From the NCBI GenBank assembly GCA_964016885.1, contig OZ024742.1:273420001-273484000 (forward strand): a stretch of 64,000 bases of DNA, in the 5' to 3' direction. A program made the position numbers and the translations under genes. This document shows, piece by piece, positions 26,296 to 39,699 of the stretch. The notes under the pieces are model-generated. The model was not told the origin of the DNA, searched no databases, and saw only the letters and a list, made by a program, of their open reading frames with translations. Each line of letters starts with the position of its first letter. Within the stretch, counting starts at the first letter, position 1. This DNA comes from Eledone cirrhosa. Its lineage: Eukaryota.

Positions 26296-28988
26296 ACAAC
26301 CGACGTGCTTGGGGCGAGATTGGCAGTCGACCAATTCTTCAACGCAAAACACGAAGGCTGCGTTGTCAGGGCTAGAGCGCGTGCTCTGAAACACGAGGGG
26401 ACAAAAGCCGTCCAATGGGCCCGGGTGGCAGAGGCGCGTCGTGGCAACAAAGCCACAATTTGGTGTTTGTCTAACCAAAACGGGTGCGAGATGCTCGAAT
26501 CAGAGCGGATGTGTGAAGCTTTTGAGCAACACTTTGCTGAACTGTTCGGGAGCGGCGGCGGCACGGATCGAGGCATGGACTTCAGTGCATGCCTCGACGG
26601 ACTGCCTCGGCCCCCGACAACCGCAGCACAGTGTTGCGAAAAGCCAATAACAGCCGGTAAAATACGGGAAGCGATGGCTAACTGCACAAGGGGTAAATCG
26701 CCAAGTTTGGATGGTCTGCCCTACGAGCTTTATGCATTTGTCCCAGACTTGTTCGGTGACCTCTTGGCAGACATCTACTGCAAATGGCAGCAGAACGGGA
26801 GCATTCCCAGTTTTGTGAGCAGGGGAGCAATGGCGCTGCTAGCAAAAGGGGGATGTTATCGATAATGTCAGGCCCATAACCCTGCTAAACGCAGAGTTCA
26901 AAATGTTGGTCAAGGTGTTAGCAACGAAGTTGGCGGTTGTCGTCAAGGGTCTGTGGGAGAGGCGCAAACATGCGCCAATCCGGACAGATCCATGCACGAC
27001 AACCTCCACCTCATGCGATACATCATAGAGAGGGTGGTTAAGGAACCTGGCACGGGTGGGGCCCTGATCAACTTGGATCAATCCAAAGCATTCGATAGGG
27101 TGGACCATCGGTACCTGGCGGCGGTCCTCGAGGCAGCCGTTTTCGGGCACGTTTTTAGGAGTTGGATCGCAGCAATGTACAGCGACATCTGCTCAGTTGT
27201 GAGGGTGGACGGTCACCTGTCGCAGCCGTTCAGCCTCATGCGCTCAGTGCGTCAGGGTTGTCACCTCTCGTCCCTCTTGTACGTATTGGCTCTCGAGCCG
27301 TTACTGCACAAACTGGGGACGAAGAGGGGCGTCCCACGCGAACTAAAATGCGGGAAATCCGAGTCGGCTTACGCCGACGATGTCACCCTTGTGGTGTGGA
27401 GCACCAGACACGTCCAGATGCTCGGCACCGCTCTCAAGGAATACGAAGCGGTGACAGGAGCAAAGATAAACCAGAAAAAGTCGGTGGGCTTGCAGCTCGG
27501 CACATGGAGAAGCAAGTCCAGGCCGTCCGACAGCGTCGTGGGGCGTTGGACGGACGGACCGGTTAAATTTCTCGGGGTCTGGTTCGGACCGGACCTCCAG
27601 ATGGAGAAAGACTGAAACGAGGTGACGAGCAGGGTGGCCTCCCTCACCCAGAAATTGGCCGAGAGGAAGCTGTCCCTGAAAGGCCGGGCGGAGGGGGAGA
27701 ATGCGTACATCGCATCCGTCATTTGCTACCGACTCACCGTCGTCCGTTGCTCGAGCCCAACTCTCACCAAAATGGAGCGCCTCCTCTTCCGTTTTTTGTG
27801 GAAGGGACGCGCTCCCATTGTCAGACGATCCATCCGCTGTCAACACCCGTTGCGTGGATAACTGGGCATGCCATGGCTGATGATGCGCAAACATGCGCTG
27901 AGGCTGCGACATCTCTGGTGCTTCCTTGATGGTGAACAGGCGTGGTCGCCGTTCGCCAGGCACGTTTTCCAACAGCTCGTCTCCTTGACGGAGCTGAAGT
28001 CCTGGGTCAGAAAAAGACCGAGGGGTAGTGCTTGGAAACTGGAATGTCTTCAGACATTCACTGCCCTCTGCCAGCTGGGCATCAGTATCGGTGGAACATC
28101 CACCTCGGCGTTCTATATAGGACTAGTGGAGGGGAAGAGCGACGACATTATCGGAGAGATCCTGGGCGTCGAACAAGTTCAGCTGTTTGCTCTCTTCTGG
28201 AGAACTTTCAGCCCAGGGCCTATGAATAACTTCCCAAAATCCCAGGCATGGCAGTGCTACCGTCAGCCGAGCCTGTCCGAGATGCGCGCAGAGCGACGAA
28301 ACCGTCCTGTACACACTCCTTCAGTGCCCGAGGATTGCTGACTTGTGGAGCTATGTCGAACAATTGCTGTCGCGTGTAGGACTGATCCGGTTGTCGACTG
28401 AGTCCATTGTGCAAATGGTCTCGCCCTCTTCCTTCGAGGTGGAAGGGCAGGCGGTTTTCATCTGCCTGGTGGCGATGGCGAAAGAGATTGTGTGGTGGAC
28501 AAGGTTAAAAGGGTTAAAGACAGACACTTTCCTCTTCGGCGAATCCCTAATTAACATTTTCAAGTTTCACTTGAAGAGGAAAATCAGGGTGGAGAGGCAA
28601 GTGCTGCCTTCTAGCAAGTTTGTTGAAAGGTGGGTGAATGTAGCGAGAATGGTCCGAGTGAACGGACTCTTAATATACGTCTGTAGTTTGAGAGATGGAA
28701 AAATTGAGAGAGGGCGCTTGCCCTGGTGGTCAGGGTCGCCGTGGTCTTTTGTGTGGTTTTTGCCACGGGTAACCCTCGGAGGTTTCCCCCTATTGGGGAA
28801 TTTTTCATTGTTTCAATTTTCATTTTTATTGTTTATATATATGTATGTTTCTATGTCCTTTTTTTTTTCTTTTCTTATATAAATAATAAAAATATTTACA
28901 CGCACAAAACCCACATTGTAGTTTCCTGTACCCTCCTGTGCCGTCTGTAATGTTTTCTTGATGTCAGCCCTTGTGGCCAATAAAGAAA

Positions 28989-28990
<2 letters not shown>
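26296..28990 (+). mobile_element. 5'-truncated Tx1/L1-clade LINE (ORF2 RT to C-terminus, 3' UTR, AATAAA, ATT run)
   Basis: KSPSLDGLPYELY, RPITLLNAEFK, INLDQSKAFDRVDH, SVRQGC.LS.LLY, AYADDVT, KFLGVWF, KLSLKGR, FLWKG; ends tgtggccaataaagaaatc(att)n. Confidence 0.92.
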
Positions 28991-29026
<36 letters not shown>

Positions 29027-29027
<1 letters not shown>

Positions 29028-30868
29028 CTTGAATCTCAGTCATTGATGTTAGTTAACTGGAAAGTCCGTTGGAATGAATATCAAGCCACTACCTGCAGCC
29101 TCAGATATTCAGGACGTATCGGAGGGTTCTTGCTGTTCCCAGCAAGCATGCCTTTTGAAGCGTTCCAAAAAGCGTGAAGGGGCCGATTTCCTTTAACCAT
29201 CCCTGGAAACTTTTGGACATAGTCCCCAGTGCGCATATGACAATCGGGATCACTTTGACTTCATGGCAGTTCCAAATCCTTTTTACCTCCCACTTTAAGA
29301 CCTGGTATCGGTTAATTTTCTCCCTCTCCTTCTCTTGCACTCTCGTGTCGAATGGGCAGGCCACATCCACAATCAGACACGATCTTTTTTCTTTGTCCAC
29401 AACCACCAGGTCAGGTCTATTGTGTTCCAGTTTCTTGTCCGTCTGTATCCTATAATCCCACAGCACCTTCACCTGATCGTTCTCCATCACCGCCTCTGGC
29501 TTATGCTCATACCATTTCTCAGAATGTGGTAAATTGTTTACTTTGCACAGGTGCCAGTGGATCACCCTGCCCATTACATCATGTCTCCAGCCCTTATAGT
29601 GAGTCTGGGCTAGGTGTTTACACTCGGATACAATGTGAGCCACAGTCTCCTCTCTCTCTCCACAGATCCTGCACAGTAGGCTATCCTCCTCCTTGTAAAC
29701 ATGGTGTTTCAACCACTTCGTTTTGAGGGCCTGCTCCTGCGCAGCCATTAACATTCCTTCTGTAGCCTTTTTGAGGTCTCCTCTTCTCAACCAGTTCCAT
29801 GTCTGTGGATCTCTAAATTCAGTTTTCTCAAAGAAGGTACTATGAAGGGATTTTCCCTGAAGGCTGATCTTTCTCCTTGATGTTATTTCCTCCTTGGAAT
29901 CCCCTGGCCTATTGTCCCCTCCTTCAGTACAGTTCTGAGCATTGGCTCCTTACTATCAGTCACGTATTTGTGTAGGTTGTTTTTCTTCATCCGAACACAG
30001 TCCTCTATGCTGATAAGACCTCTTCCACCCTCAGATCTCCTTAGGTAGAGTCTATCGACATCACTCCTCTTGTGGAACATGTTGTAGATAGTCAATCAGC
30101 CTCCAGAACGCCCAAATACTTGTATCCTTCCTCAGAGTCAATTTCCTTTATCATCTCACCTGTTGGTATCTGGATTCCGTTACTTCTACTCAACCTACCC
30201 CTCCTCATCACAATGACTCCACACTTACTAATACCAAACTGCATACATATATCACTGCTGAAAATACGGACAGTCTCAACAAGCACATCCAACTCCTTCT
30301 CACTCTTCCCGAAGAGCTTAAGATCGTCCTTGAAGAGGAGGTGATTGATGGTAAGCTCTCACTTTCCCAACTTGTATCCTGCTCTCACTTTTCGCAGCAT
30401 AATGGTCAGGGGCATCAGGGCAAGGACAAACAACAGAGGGAACAGGCTTTCTCCCTGGAAGATACCTCTGTTGATCTTCACGCTTCCCAAGGATTCTCCA
30501 GTTGATGACAACTCTGTTTCCCAGGACCTCATGCTCCTGCCGAGCAACTGTCTGATGTTATCTGCCACCTTGAAGAACTCCAGGCTTTTGGTGATCCAAG
30601 AATGAGGCACCACGTCAAATGCCTTTCTGTAGTCTATCCATCCCATGGCAAGATCAGTGTGTCTCCTCCTGCAATTCCCCATTACCATCTTATCAATAAG
30701 TAACTGGTCCTTTGTACCACGTGACTTCTTTCGGCATCCTTTCTGTTCGTCCGGTAACAAGTTGTTTGTGTGGAGGTGATGGCAGATTTCCTCAGACACA
30801 ATGCTCGTCAGCAGTTTCCACATTACGGACAGACATGTGATAGGTCTATAGTTGGTAACATCATTACC
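29027..30868 (-). mobile_element. 5'-truncated R4/Dong-like RLE element (second family) with internal deletion, flanked by (ATT)n on both sides
   Basis: [50 protein letters not shown]...DVACP.D...EKI.RY. About 215 bp present in the 31.6-33.2 kb copy is missing at about 30095. Confidence 0.92.
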
Positions 30869-30925
<57 letters not shown>

Positions 30926-30926
<1 letters not shown>

Positions 30927-31295
30927 TGAAAAGGAAAATCAGGGTAGAGAGGGAAGTGCTCTCTTCCCAGCATTTTGTTAAAAGATGGGTGAGAGATGTA
31001 AGAATGGCCCGAATGAATGGGCCTACTCTGAGTATGTGTCTGTAAATTAAAGGTGGAAAACTGGGAGAGGGCACATGCCCTGGTGGTCAGAGTGACTGTG
31101 GCCTTTTAATGGGCTTTCTCAACAAATGTCCCTCGGAAGTCTCCCTCCTATTGGGGAATTTTTCATTGTTATTTTTTATTACATCCTCTGTTTTTGTTTT
31201 TTACACGCAGAAATGCCCATTTGTACCGTCCTGTATTGTTCTGTACTGTCCATAATGTCTACTTTATGTAAACCCTTGTGGTTAATAAAGAAAGT
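30926..31295 (+). mobile_element. Tx1 3'-end fragment
   Basis: [22 protein letters not shown] plus a 3' UTR homologous to 28570-28990. Confidence 0.85.
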
Positions 31296-31312
31296 ATTAT
31301 TATTATTTTTAT

Positions 31313-31498
31313 TATGGTGGTTTAGCAGTATCGGTAGAGGGTCGGACAACATGCTTTGTAGCACAGAGTTACGCCCCTTTCTGATCTGAGTTCAAATCCT
31401 GCCGAGGTTAACTTTGCCTTTCATCCTTACGGGGTCGATAAAATAAAGTACCAGTAATGTACTGGGTAATTGCTGGCCCTGTGCCTAAAGTAGAAACA

Positions 31499-31555
<57 letters not shown>

Positions 31556-31560
31556 GTTAT
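31313..31560 (+). mobile_element. SINE with long (ATT)n tail
   Basis: Same family as 21399-22098. Confidence 0.9.
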
Positions 31561-33228
31561 TTGAGTCTCGGTCATTGATGTTATTTAACTGGAAAATTTG
31601 TTGAATTGAATATCAAGCCGCTACCTGCAGCCTCAGATATTCAGGATGTATCGAAGTGTTCTTGCTGTTCCCAGCAAGCATGCCTTTTGAAGTGTTCCAA
31701 AAAGCGGAGCTGGACTAACTTTCTTTACCATCCTTGAAAACTCTTTGAGATATTACCTAGTGCATCTATGACAATCGGGACGACTCTGGCTTCATGGCAG
31801 TTCCAAATCCTTTTTAACTCCCACTTTACGTCCTGGTATCGGTTAATTTTCTCCCTCTCCTTTTCTTGCACTCTCGTGTCAAATGGACAGGCTACATCTC
31901 CAATCAGGAACGATCTTTTTTCCTTGTCGAAAACCACCAGGTCAGGCCTATTGTGTTCCAGTTACTTATCCGTCTGTATCCTAAAATCCCATAGCACTTC
32001 ACCTCTCTTTTTCTATCACCGACTCTGGCTTATGCTCATACCACTTCTCAGAATGTGGTAAATAGTTTACTTTGCATAGGGGCTAGTGGATCACCCTGCC
32101 CATCACATCATGTCTCCAGTCCTTATAGTGAGTCTGGGCTAGGTGATTACACTCGGATACAATGTGAGCCACAGTCTCCTCTCAATCCCCACAGATCCTA
32201 CACAATGGGCTAGCCTCATCCTTGTAAATATGGTGTTTCACCCACTTCGTTTTGAGTGCCTGCTCTTGCGCAGCTATTAGCATTCCTTCTGTTGCATTTT
32301 TAAGGTCTTCTCTTTTTAACCAGTTCCAAGTCTGTGGATCGCTAAATTCAGTTTTCTCAAAGAAGGTACTATGAAGTGACTTTTCATGAAGGTTGCTCTT
32401 CCTCCTTGTTGTTATTTCCTCCCTAGACATCCCCTGGTCTATTGTTCTCCCCTTCAGTACAATTCTGAGCATTGGCTCCCTACTGTCGGTAAGTAATTGT
32501 GCAGGTTATTTTTCTCCACCTGAACACAGTCCTCTCTGCTGATAAGATCTCTTCCACCTTCACATCTCTTTAAGTAGAGTCTATCGAAATTACTCCTCTT
32601 GTGGAACATGTTTTATATAGTCAATAGCTTCCTAATCCTGCTATCCATTTCTTTTTGTTCAGCAACATTCCATTTCAGAATTCCCGCATTGTACCTAATA
32701 ATTGATACAGCTCGGGAATTCACTGCACTTATGACATTCCTACTATTTAGACGTGATTTTAATACGCTCCTCACTCTCCTAATGTACTCAGATCTTATCA
32801 ATTCCATCATTTTTTTTGTTCTTGATGTCATCTGCCTCCAGAACACCTAAATATTTGTATTCTTCTTCAGTGTCAATTTCATTTATCATCTCACCCGTTG
32901 GTATCATTATTGGATTCCGTTGCCTCTGGTCAATTTACCATCTTCATCACTAGGACTCCACACTTATTAATACCAAATTGCATACATATATCACTGCTGG
33001 AAATATGGACAGTGTCAACAAGTACATCCAGCTCCTTCTCACGCGTCACAAAGAGTTTAAGATCGTCCATGAAGAGGGGTGGTTGATGGTAAGCTCTCCT
33101 TTTCCTAATATGTATCCTGCTCTCACTTTTCGCAGTATAATGGTCAAGGGTATCAGGGCAAGGACAAACAACAGAGGGGACAGACTATCTCCCTGGAAGA
33201 TACCTCTCTTGATCTTCACGCCTCCCAA
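31561..33228 (-). mobile_element. 5'-truncated R4/Dong-like RLE element (same family as 29027-30868)
   Basis: GIFQGDSLSPLLF, EY.RRVR..LKS.LN, TEGMLIAAQEQAL, CRICG, RPDL...DVACPFD. Confidence 0.9.
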
Positions 33229-33690
33229 GAGATTGTGTGGTGGACAAGGTTGAAAGGGTTGAAGACGTACACTTTCTTCTCCGGCCAATCCCTGATTAAC
33301 CTTTTCAAGTTTCACTTGAAGAGGAAAATCAGGGTGGAGAAGCAAGTGCTGTCTTCTAGTAAGTTTGTTTAAAGTTGGGTGAAACTGGCGAGTCTGGTCC
33401 GAGTGAATGCGCCCGATCTGTGTATGCGCCTGTAGACTGAGGAGAGGAAAACTGAGAGAAGGCGCTTGCCCTGGTGCTCAGTGGTCGTGGTCTTTCGTGT
33501 TTACGCCACGAGTGAGCCTCGGAGGATTCCCCCTTTTGAGGGAATATTTGTTCTTTGAAATCTTTTCTTCCAATTCAGATTTCCATCTTGTTATAACACG
33601 ACCAAAACCCACTTTGTATCGTCATGTACTGTTCTAAGCCGTCTGTAATATTGTTATTCATGTTAGCACTTGTGGCCAATAAAGAAACAA
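33226..33690 (+). mobile_element. Tx1 3'-end fragment fused directly to the RLE element
   Basis: gagattgtgtggtggacaagg...ttgaagaggaaaatcagggtggag...tgtggccaataaagaaac, homologous to 28480-28990. Confidence 0.88.
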
Positions 33691-33713
33691 TTATTATTAT
33701 TATTATTATTATT

Positions 33714-36700
33714 GGTCTGTTCGGACGTCTCTTTTCTCGCTCCCTGTAAGCCGCTTTATTTACCTCTTATAATCATTGGCTATTTATTTTGTCTTGTTGT
33801 ATAAGGGATATAAGGCCTTAGTCTTTGCACTGTGAAGGGGAAAGTATAATATTTCGGGCCTTTTGGCCCAAATATTTGAAGAATATTTGAACATTTTACT
33901 TTAAAAAATAAAAAAAACATGGCTGAACAACGCACCAGCTATATGTCTGCTGTCGTGTGACACCGGTGTAAAAGTTGTGAGGAGGGTTACAAAAATTGAT
34001 ACAACAAACACCATCACAAACAACGTGAACAAAGACAACACTGAGAAGATTAATTCTTTAAAAATTACCACACCAACTACAACAATAACAGCAACAACCA
34101 AAATACAGACAACAGAAAAAAATGACAACACTGAAAATATAAGTAATAGCAATGGCAATTATTTAGATTCGTCACATACAAACATGGAGTTCCCGCCATT
34201 GCCAACGTCTACAGGTGTTAAAGCCGCCATCCCCACCACCACAATGTGAAAAAGAACAACCAACAAATGAAACAAAAAATAAATTATTTTCTCGTGATAT
34301 CGAAATGGATTCTCCGAAAATCGACTCTTCAACGCAGAACGTCACTGACACCACTACCATAACTGAAACTAAACATAATTATAACACAAATAACAATTAC
34401 AACAACAGCAACAATAAGAATAACAACAACAACATCAACACCGGTGCAAAACCAAATATGCCGTATGCAAACAAAACTGAAACGGTTGAAGTAAGCCAGG
34501 AAGAATTGAATGAAGCCAAGCGAATGGTAAAATAATATGGTTACAGGTTCAGCGTCACCGCACCCGATCTAATACCATCGAGTAGCGGCACCTATGCACC
34601 ATGTCATATCGGACTATAAATATTAAAACGTGCCGAGTGGAACGGGCATCCGAGACCCGGATACTAAAAAAACACACATCAGACGAGGGCAAACATATGG
34701 AACCGTGGACTGTTCTTTGGAACCCCACAGGAAGCCAGAGAGCACTCCATGACCCCATTAAAAAGTAACGAATTCACACTCGTCCCATTCTATTGTGGTC
34801 AGAGACTCGTGAAGATCAGGGTGACCCACGTTCCACGGGCCATCGAAATTCCCTGGCTAGTGGCTGCCGTCCTCTCCCGCATCGAGGCCAATACGAAAAT
34901 AATTGAGATAACAAAAGAAAAGCAGGAGAACTCGTCCGGATCTGGGATGGAGCTCCTGATCCAAGCGGACCAAAAAATTACAGGAAATTCAAGAGGTCAT
35001 AGACCTCAATGACGGCAGGGATCTCACCGTAATCATTAAGGGTATACAGCCTAGATGTGTCGTTTGTGGCAAAGGAACTCATCTAAAAGTTTTCTGCCCT
35101 CAGGTTAAAAAGTTGAGGCCACCTCTCCTACGCATCCCAGTGACTCAACCATCAAACCCAGCAGAAAAAATGGGAACAACAACTGTAGCAGCAACTGTAG
35201 CAGCAACAACCCCAGCAACTGTAGCAGCAACAGTAACAAAACCAAGACCACCACCACCACCCTCCGTGACAGAATTAGCTACAGCGCCTCCCCCAGCCAC
35301 CAGGCTACAACCAAAACCAACACCAGTGGAGGATTTTCCACTCCCCGACCTATCGCAGCTAGAAACAGATTGTGACGACGAGGAGAAGTGGGGAAAATAA
35401 CTGAAAAAAAGAAGAAAAAAATCAACAAAGAAAACATTCTCTTCCTTCGCCCTCCAAAAACAAAATACAGGGCCAAACAAACAAACTAACAAAAATGTGA
35501 AGACAGCTCTGTCACCACCCACACCAGCATCACCAGTCCCATCACCACAAACACCAACACTATCACCATCATTAACCCCAACACCATATAAATCACCAAA
35601 AGGCGAAACAGAAACAAACCCACAACAAACACAAACAAAACAAAACAACCAAAACGATACACACTATAAAGCATTAACATTTTAACAACAACCAATTATT
35701 ACACTACATACAACCCAAGACCAGCATCACAGAAAAAGATTATACAACAGCCAAAAAATTCACACCACCTCCACACATACAAATCACTCGCATCATACAG
35801 ATAACGTACACGACACTAAAATTAAAATTCCCCAACGACTTCCGACAAACACTCTCTAGGATGATTTATAAAGACATCCTTCCGGAGGGGGCTATATACA
35901 GCCCGAAGGAAGGAAAAAAAATATTTCCTCCACAAGAATTGAGGTAAGTTCCCATTTTTTTCCACTTCTTTTCAACATGACCTTACACAGAATAGGCAGC
36001 ATAAATGCGCGTGGCCTGGGGTCGTCATGGAAGCAGGGCCACCTGCTCAAAGACCTCAGGTCACTAAACATAGATGTGATGGCCATTAGCCTAACCAGAA
36101 TCTCCTAAGCACGAGCCTTCGCATCGACCTTTGGCGGTTACGATGTATACGGATCTCCCAGCTGTCCAGGATAGGGGAGGGGGAGCTGCCAAGCTTTTGC
36201 TGAGAGGCTTGGATCTCGCTATACGGGCCATATTCCTGGACCCAGATGGTAAGTCGGTGGTGCTGGACGTGACCGGCAGCGAAGGCAATGCTTTCAGGCT
36301 AGTGGCCGTCTACGCCCGGACAGGGGCAGAACGGCCAGATTTCTTCAGACGTCTAGAGACCTTTATCGGAATGTCCCGCTTTTTTGTTGTTAGTGGGCGA
36401 CTGGAACGGTATCTTAGATGCACGCTGGGATTATGTGGGGCTAGTAGACAGGGCAGGATTTGTAAAATCATCAACAAACTGCTCAGACGTTTTGAACTGT
36501 CTGACAGGTATAGACTGGATTATCCGAATGTGCCAATGTGGACATGGACAAACCGCATCGGGTCATCCTGAACGTATTTAGATAGGGTATTCTGTAGGGA
36601 AACAGATAAGGCTAGTGTAGGTTGTCCACAATTTAAAGTAGTCAACTACACGGACCACAATTTGTGATGTGTGGAGTTGACTTAGATAGACTCGATAGGC

Positions 36701-39465
36701 AAGGGCTCGGCTACTGGAAGCTGAACGCGTCGTTCCTGGTGCGCAAAGCTTACAGAGACCGGATTAGCGAATTACTTAAGCATGCGTTGACTCGTGCGAT
36801 TGTCAACTACAGGTGGTGGTTTACCCTGAAAAGGGCTATTAGAGTAGAATCGATAAGGTTTATCAAAGGAGTAGTGATAGAGGAAAATAGAGTAGAAGGA
36901 GAGTTAGTTAGAAAGCTAGAAGAGGCGTATAGGACAGGCATCGCAACCGACGTGCTTGCGTAATACATAAAGGCTGTGTTGTCAGAGCTAGAGCTCGTGC
37001 TGTAAGACACAAGGGGACGAAATACGTTCCAAATTCACAATTCGGTCTTTTCCTGATCAAAACGGGCGCATGCTGCTCGAAGCCGAGCAGATGTGTACGG
37101 CGTTTCAACGGCCCTTTGATCAATTGTTCGGAAGTGGTGGCGGGCCGGCTCGGTGTATGGACTTCGCTGATTACCTCGACAGACTGGCGGAGCTCTCGAC
37201 GTTCGCAGAGCAGTGCTGCAAAAAGCCGATAAGAGCAGGCGAAATACGGGAAGCGATGTCTAACTGCACAAGGGTTAATCGCAAGGTTTCGATGGTCTGC
37301 CCTACGAACTTTATGCGTACATTCCATAGTTTTTACGGCGGCCGCATGCCAGTGGTCTACTGCAACTGGCAGCAGAACGGGAGCATTCCCAGTTTTGTGA
37401 GCCGGGAGCGGTGTCGCTGCTGAGAAACGACACGAACGATGGGGTCTTTACAGACAACGTCAGGTGAACTCTTTTAAAGGCAGAGTGTAAGATTTTGGCC
37501 AAAGTGTTTGCAAAGAAATTGGAGCTTGTCATCAGTGATCCGGTGGGAGAAGCGCAGATATGCGCCATCCCGGACAGATCCATCCACGACAACCTCCATC
37601 TCATGCGATATATCATAGAGAGGGTGGATAAGGAACCTGGCACCGGTGGGGTCCTGATCAACTTGGACCAATCTAAAGCATTTGATAGGGTTGACCAACG
37701 GTACCTGGCTGCGGTAAACGAGGCGGCCGGATACGGGCCCGTTTTTAGGGGCTGGATCGCTACGATGCACAGCGACATCTGCTCGATTGTGAGGGTGAAT
37801 GGTCACCTGTCGCAGCCTTTCAGCATCATGCGCTCGGTCCGCCAGGGTTTCCCCTCTCGTCCCTCATGTATGTACTGACCCTAAAGCCGTTACTGCACAA
37901 ATTGGAGACGATGAGGGGGGTCCCACGTGAACTAGGATGCGGGAGATCGTGTCAGCTTACGCCGATGACGTCACCGTGGTGGTGTCAAGCACGAAACACG
38001 TTCAGATGATCGACACCGCTCTCAAGGAATTCGATGCCGTGACAGGAGCAAAGATGTACTAGGAAAAGTCGGTGGGCTTGCACTCGGCACCTGGAGAGGC
38101 AGGTCCATGCCATCCGATTGCGTCGTGGGACGTTGGAAGGTAGGACGGGTTAAATTGCTCGGGGTCTGGTTCGGTCCGTACCTTCAGATGGTGAACATTT
38201 TGAGTGAGGTGACGAGCAAGGTGGCCTCTCTCACCCAGAACTGGACTGAAGGAGGCTGTCTGTGAAAGGTAGGGTGTAGGTGGCGAATGCGTACATAGCG
38301 TCCGTCATCTGCTGTCGTCTGACCGTCGTACCTTGCCCCCGCCCAACTCTGACCAAAATGGAGCACCTTTTCTTCCGCTTTTTGTGGAAGGGAGGTGCTC
38401 CCATGGTCAGACGATCCATTTGTTGTCAACACCCATTGGGTAGACCAGGCATGCCGTGGCTGATGATGCGCAAACATGCGCTGAGGCTGCGTCATCTCTC
38501 GTGCTTCCTTCACGGTGAACAGGTTTGGTCGCCGTTTGCCAGACGCGCATTTCCCCAGCTCGTCTCCTTGACGGAGCTGAGGTCCTGGATCAGGAAAAGA
38601 CCGAGTGATAGCGCTTGGAAGCTTGAATTTCTCCAAGCGGTCACCGCCCTCTACAAGCTGGGAACTTGTATCGGTGTAACATCCTGTTCGGCGTTCTATA
38701 GAGGGCTAGTGGAAGGAAAGAGCGACGACGTCCTCGGGGAGACCCTGGGCGTCGAAGGCGATCAGCTGTTCGCTGTCTTCAAGAGAACTGTCAGACCGGC
38801 GACTATGGACAACTTCCAGAAATCCTTGGCCTGGCAGTGCTACCGGGGAGTGTTGCCGGTTCGGGATAAGCTCTACAGGCACGGAGATGTTGTCAGCCGA
38901 GCCTGTCCGAGATACACTCAGGGCGACTAAACCGTCCTGTACGCATTCGTCCAGTGCCCGAGGATTGCTGACTTGTGGATCTATGTCGAACAGCTGCTGT
39001 TGCGTGTAGGACGTATCCGGTTATCGACTGAGTCCATTGTGCAGATAGCCCCGCCTTCCTCCTTTATAGAGGTAGAAGGGTAAGCAGTTTTCATCTGCCT
39101 AGTGGCCATGGCGAAAGAGATTATGTGGTGAAGAAGGTTGAAAGTGTTAAAGACAGCCACTTTTCTCTTCGGCGGATCCCTGATTAACTTTTTCATGTTT
39201 CACTTGAAGAGGAAAATTTGAGTGGAGAGGCCAGTGCTGTCTTCTAGCAAGTTTGTTGAAAGTTGGGTCAATGTAGCGAGAATGGTCCGAGTGAACGGGA
39301 CCGCTCTGAATATACGCTTGTAGTTTGAGGAATGGACAAATTGAGAGAGGGCGCTTGTCCTGGTGGTCAGGGTGGCTGTTGTCTTTTGTGGGTTTTTCGC
39401 AACGAGTAACCCTCGGAGGTTTCCCCCCTATTGGGGATTTTTTCATTGTTTGAATTTTCATTTTA

Positions 39466-39503
<38 letters not shown>

Positions 39504-39625
39504 TCTATGTCTTTTCTTCTTTTTCGTTTCTTATATAAATAATAAAAATCTGTATCGTCCTTACCGTTCTGTGCCGTCTGTAATGTTTTTCTTCATGTCA
39601 CCCCTTGTGGTCAATAAAAAAAATC
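33714..39625 (+). mobile_element. Full-length (about 5.9 kb) decayed Tx1/L1-clade LINE: 5' UTR, ORF1 with zinc knuckle, ORF2 (APE endonuclease, RT, C-terminal domain)
   Basis: ORF1 remnant from about 33919 with CVVCGKGTHLKVFC (CX2CX4HX4C, 35056-35097). ORF2 from ATG 35977: GSINARGL, RLVAVYA, LLVGDWN, WTW, YLDRV, YTDH, GYWKLN, LDQSKAFDRVD, AYADD; stop at 39323; AATAAA at 39613. Many disablements. Confidence 0.93.
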
Positions 39626-39699
39626 ATTATTATTATTAATTGTATTATTATTGCTTTTATTGATTTTGTTGTTCTTGTTGGTATTATTGATTGGTGTAG

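Noticed and set aside
27343-27972. 209-aa minus-strand ORF and similar antisense ORFs in Tx1 copies
   Set aside because: Shadow frames of GC-rich LINE ORF2; not preserved as a full ORF between copies.
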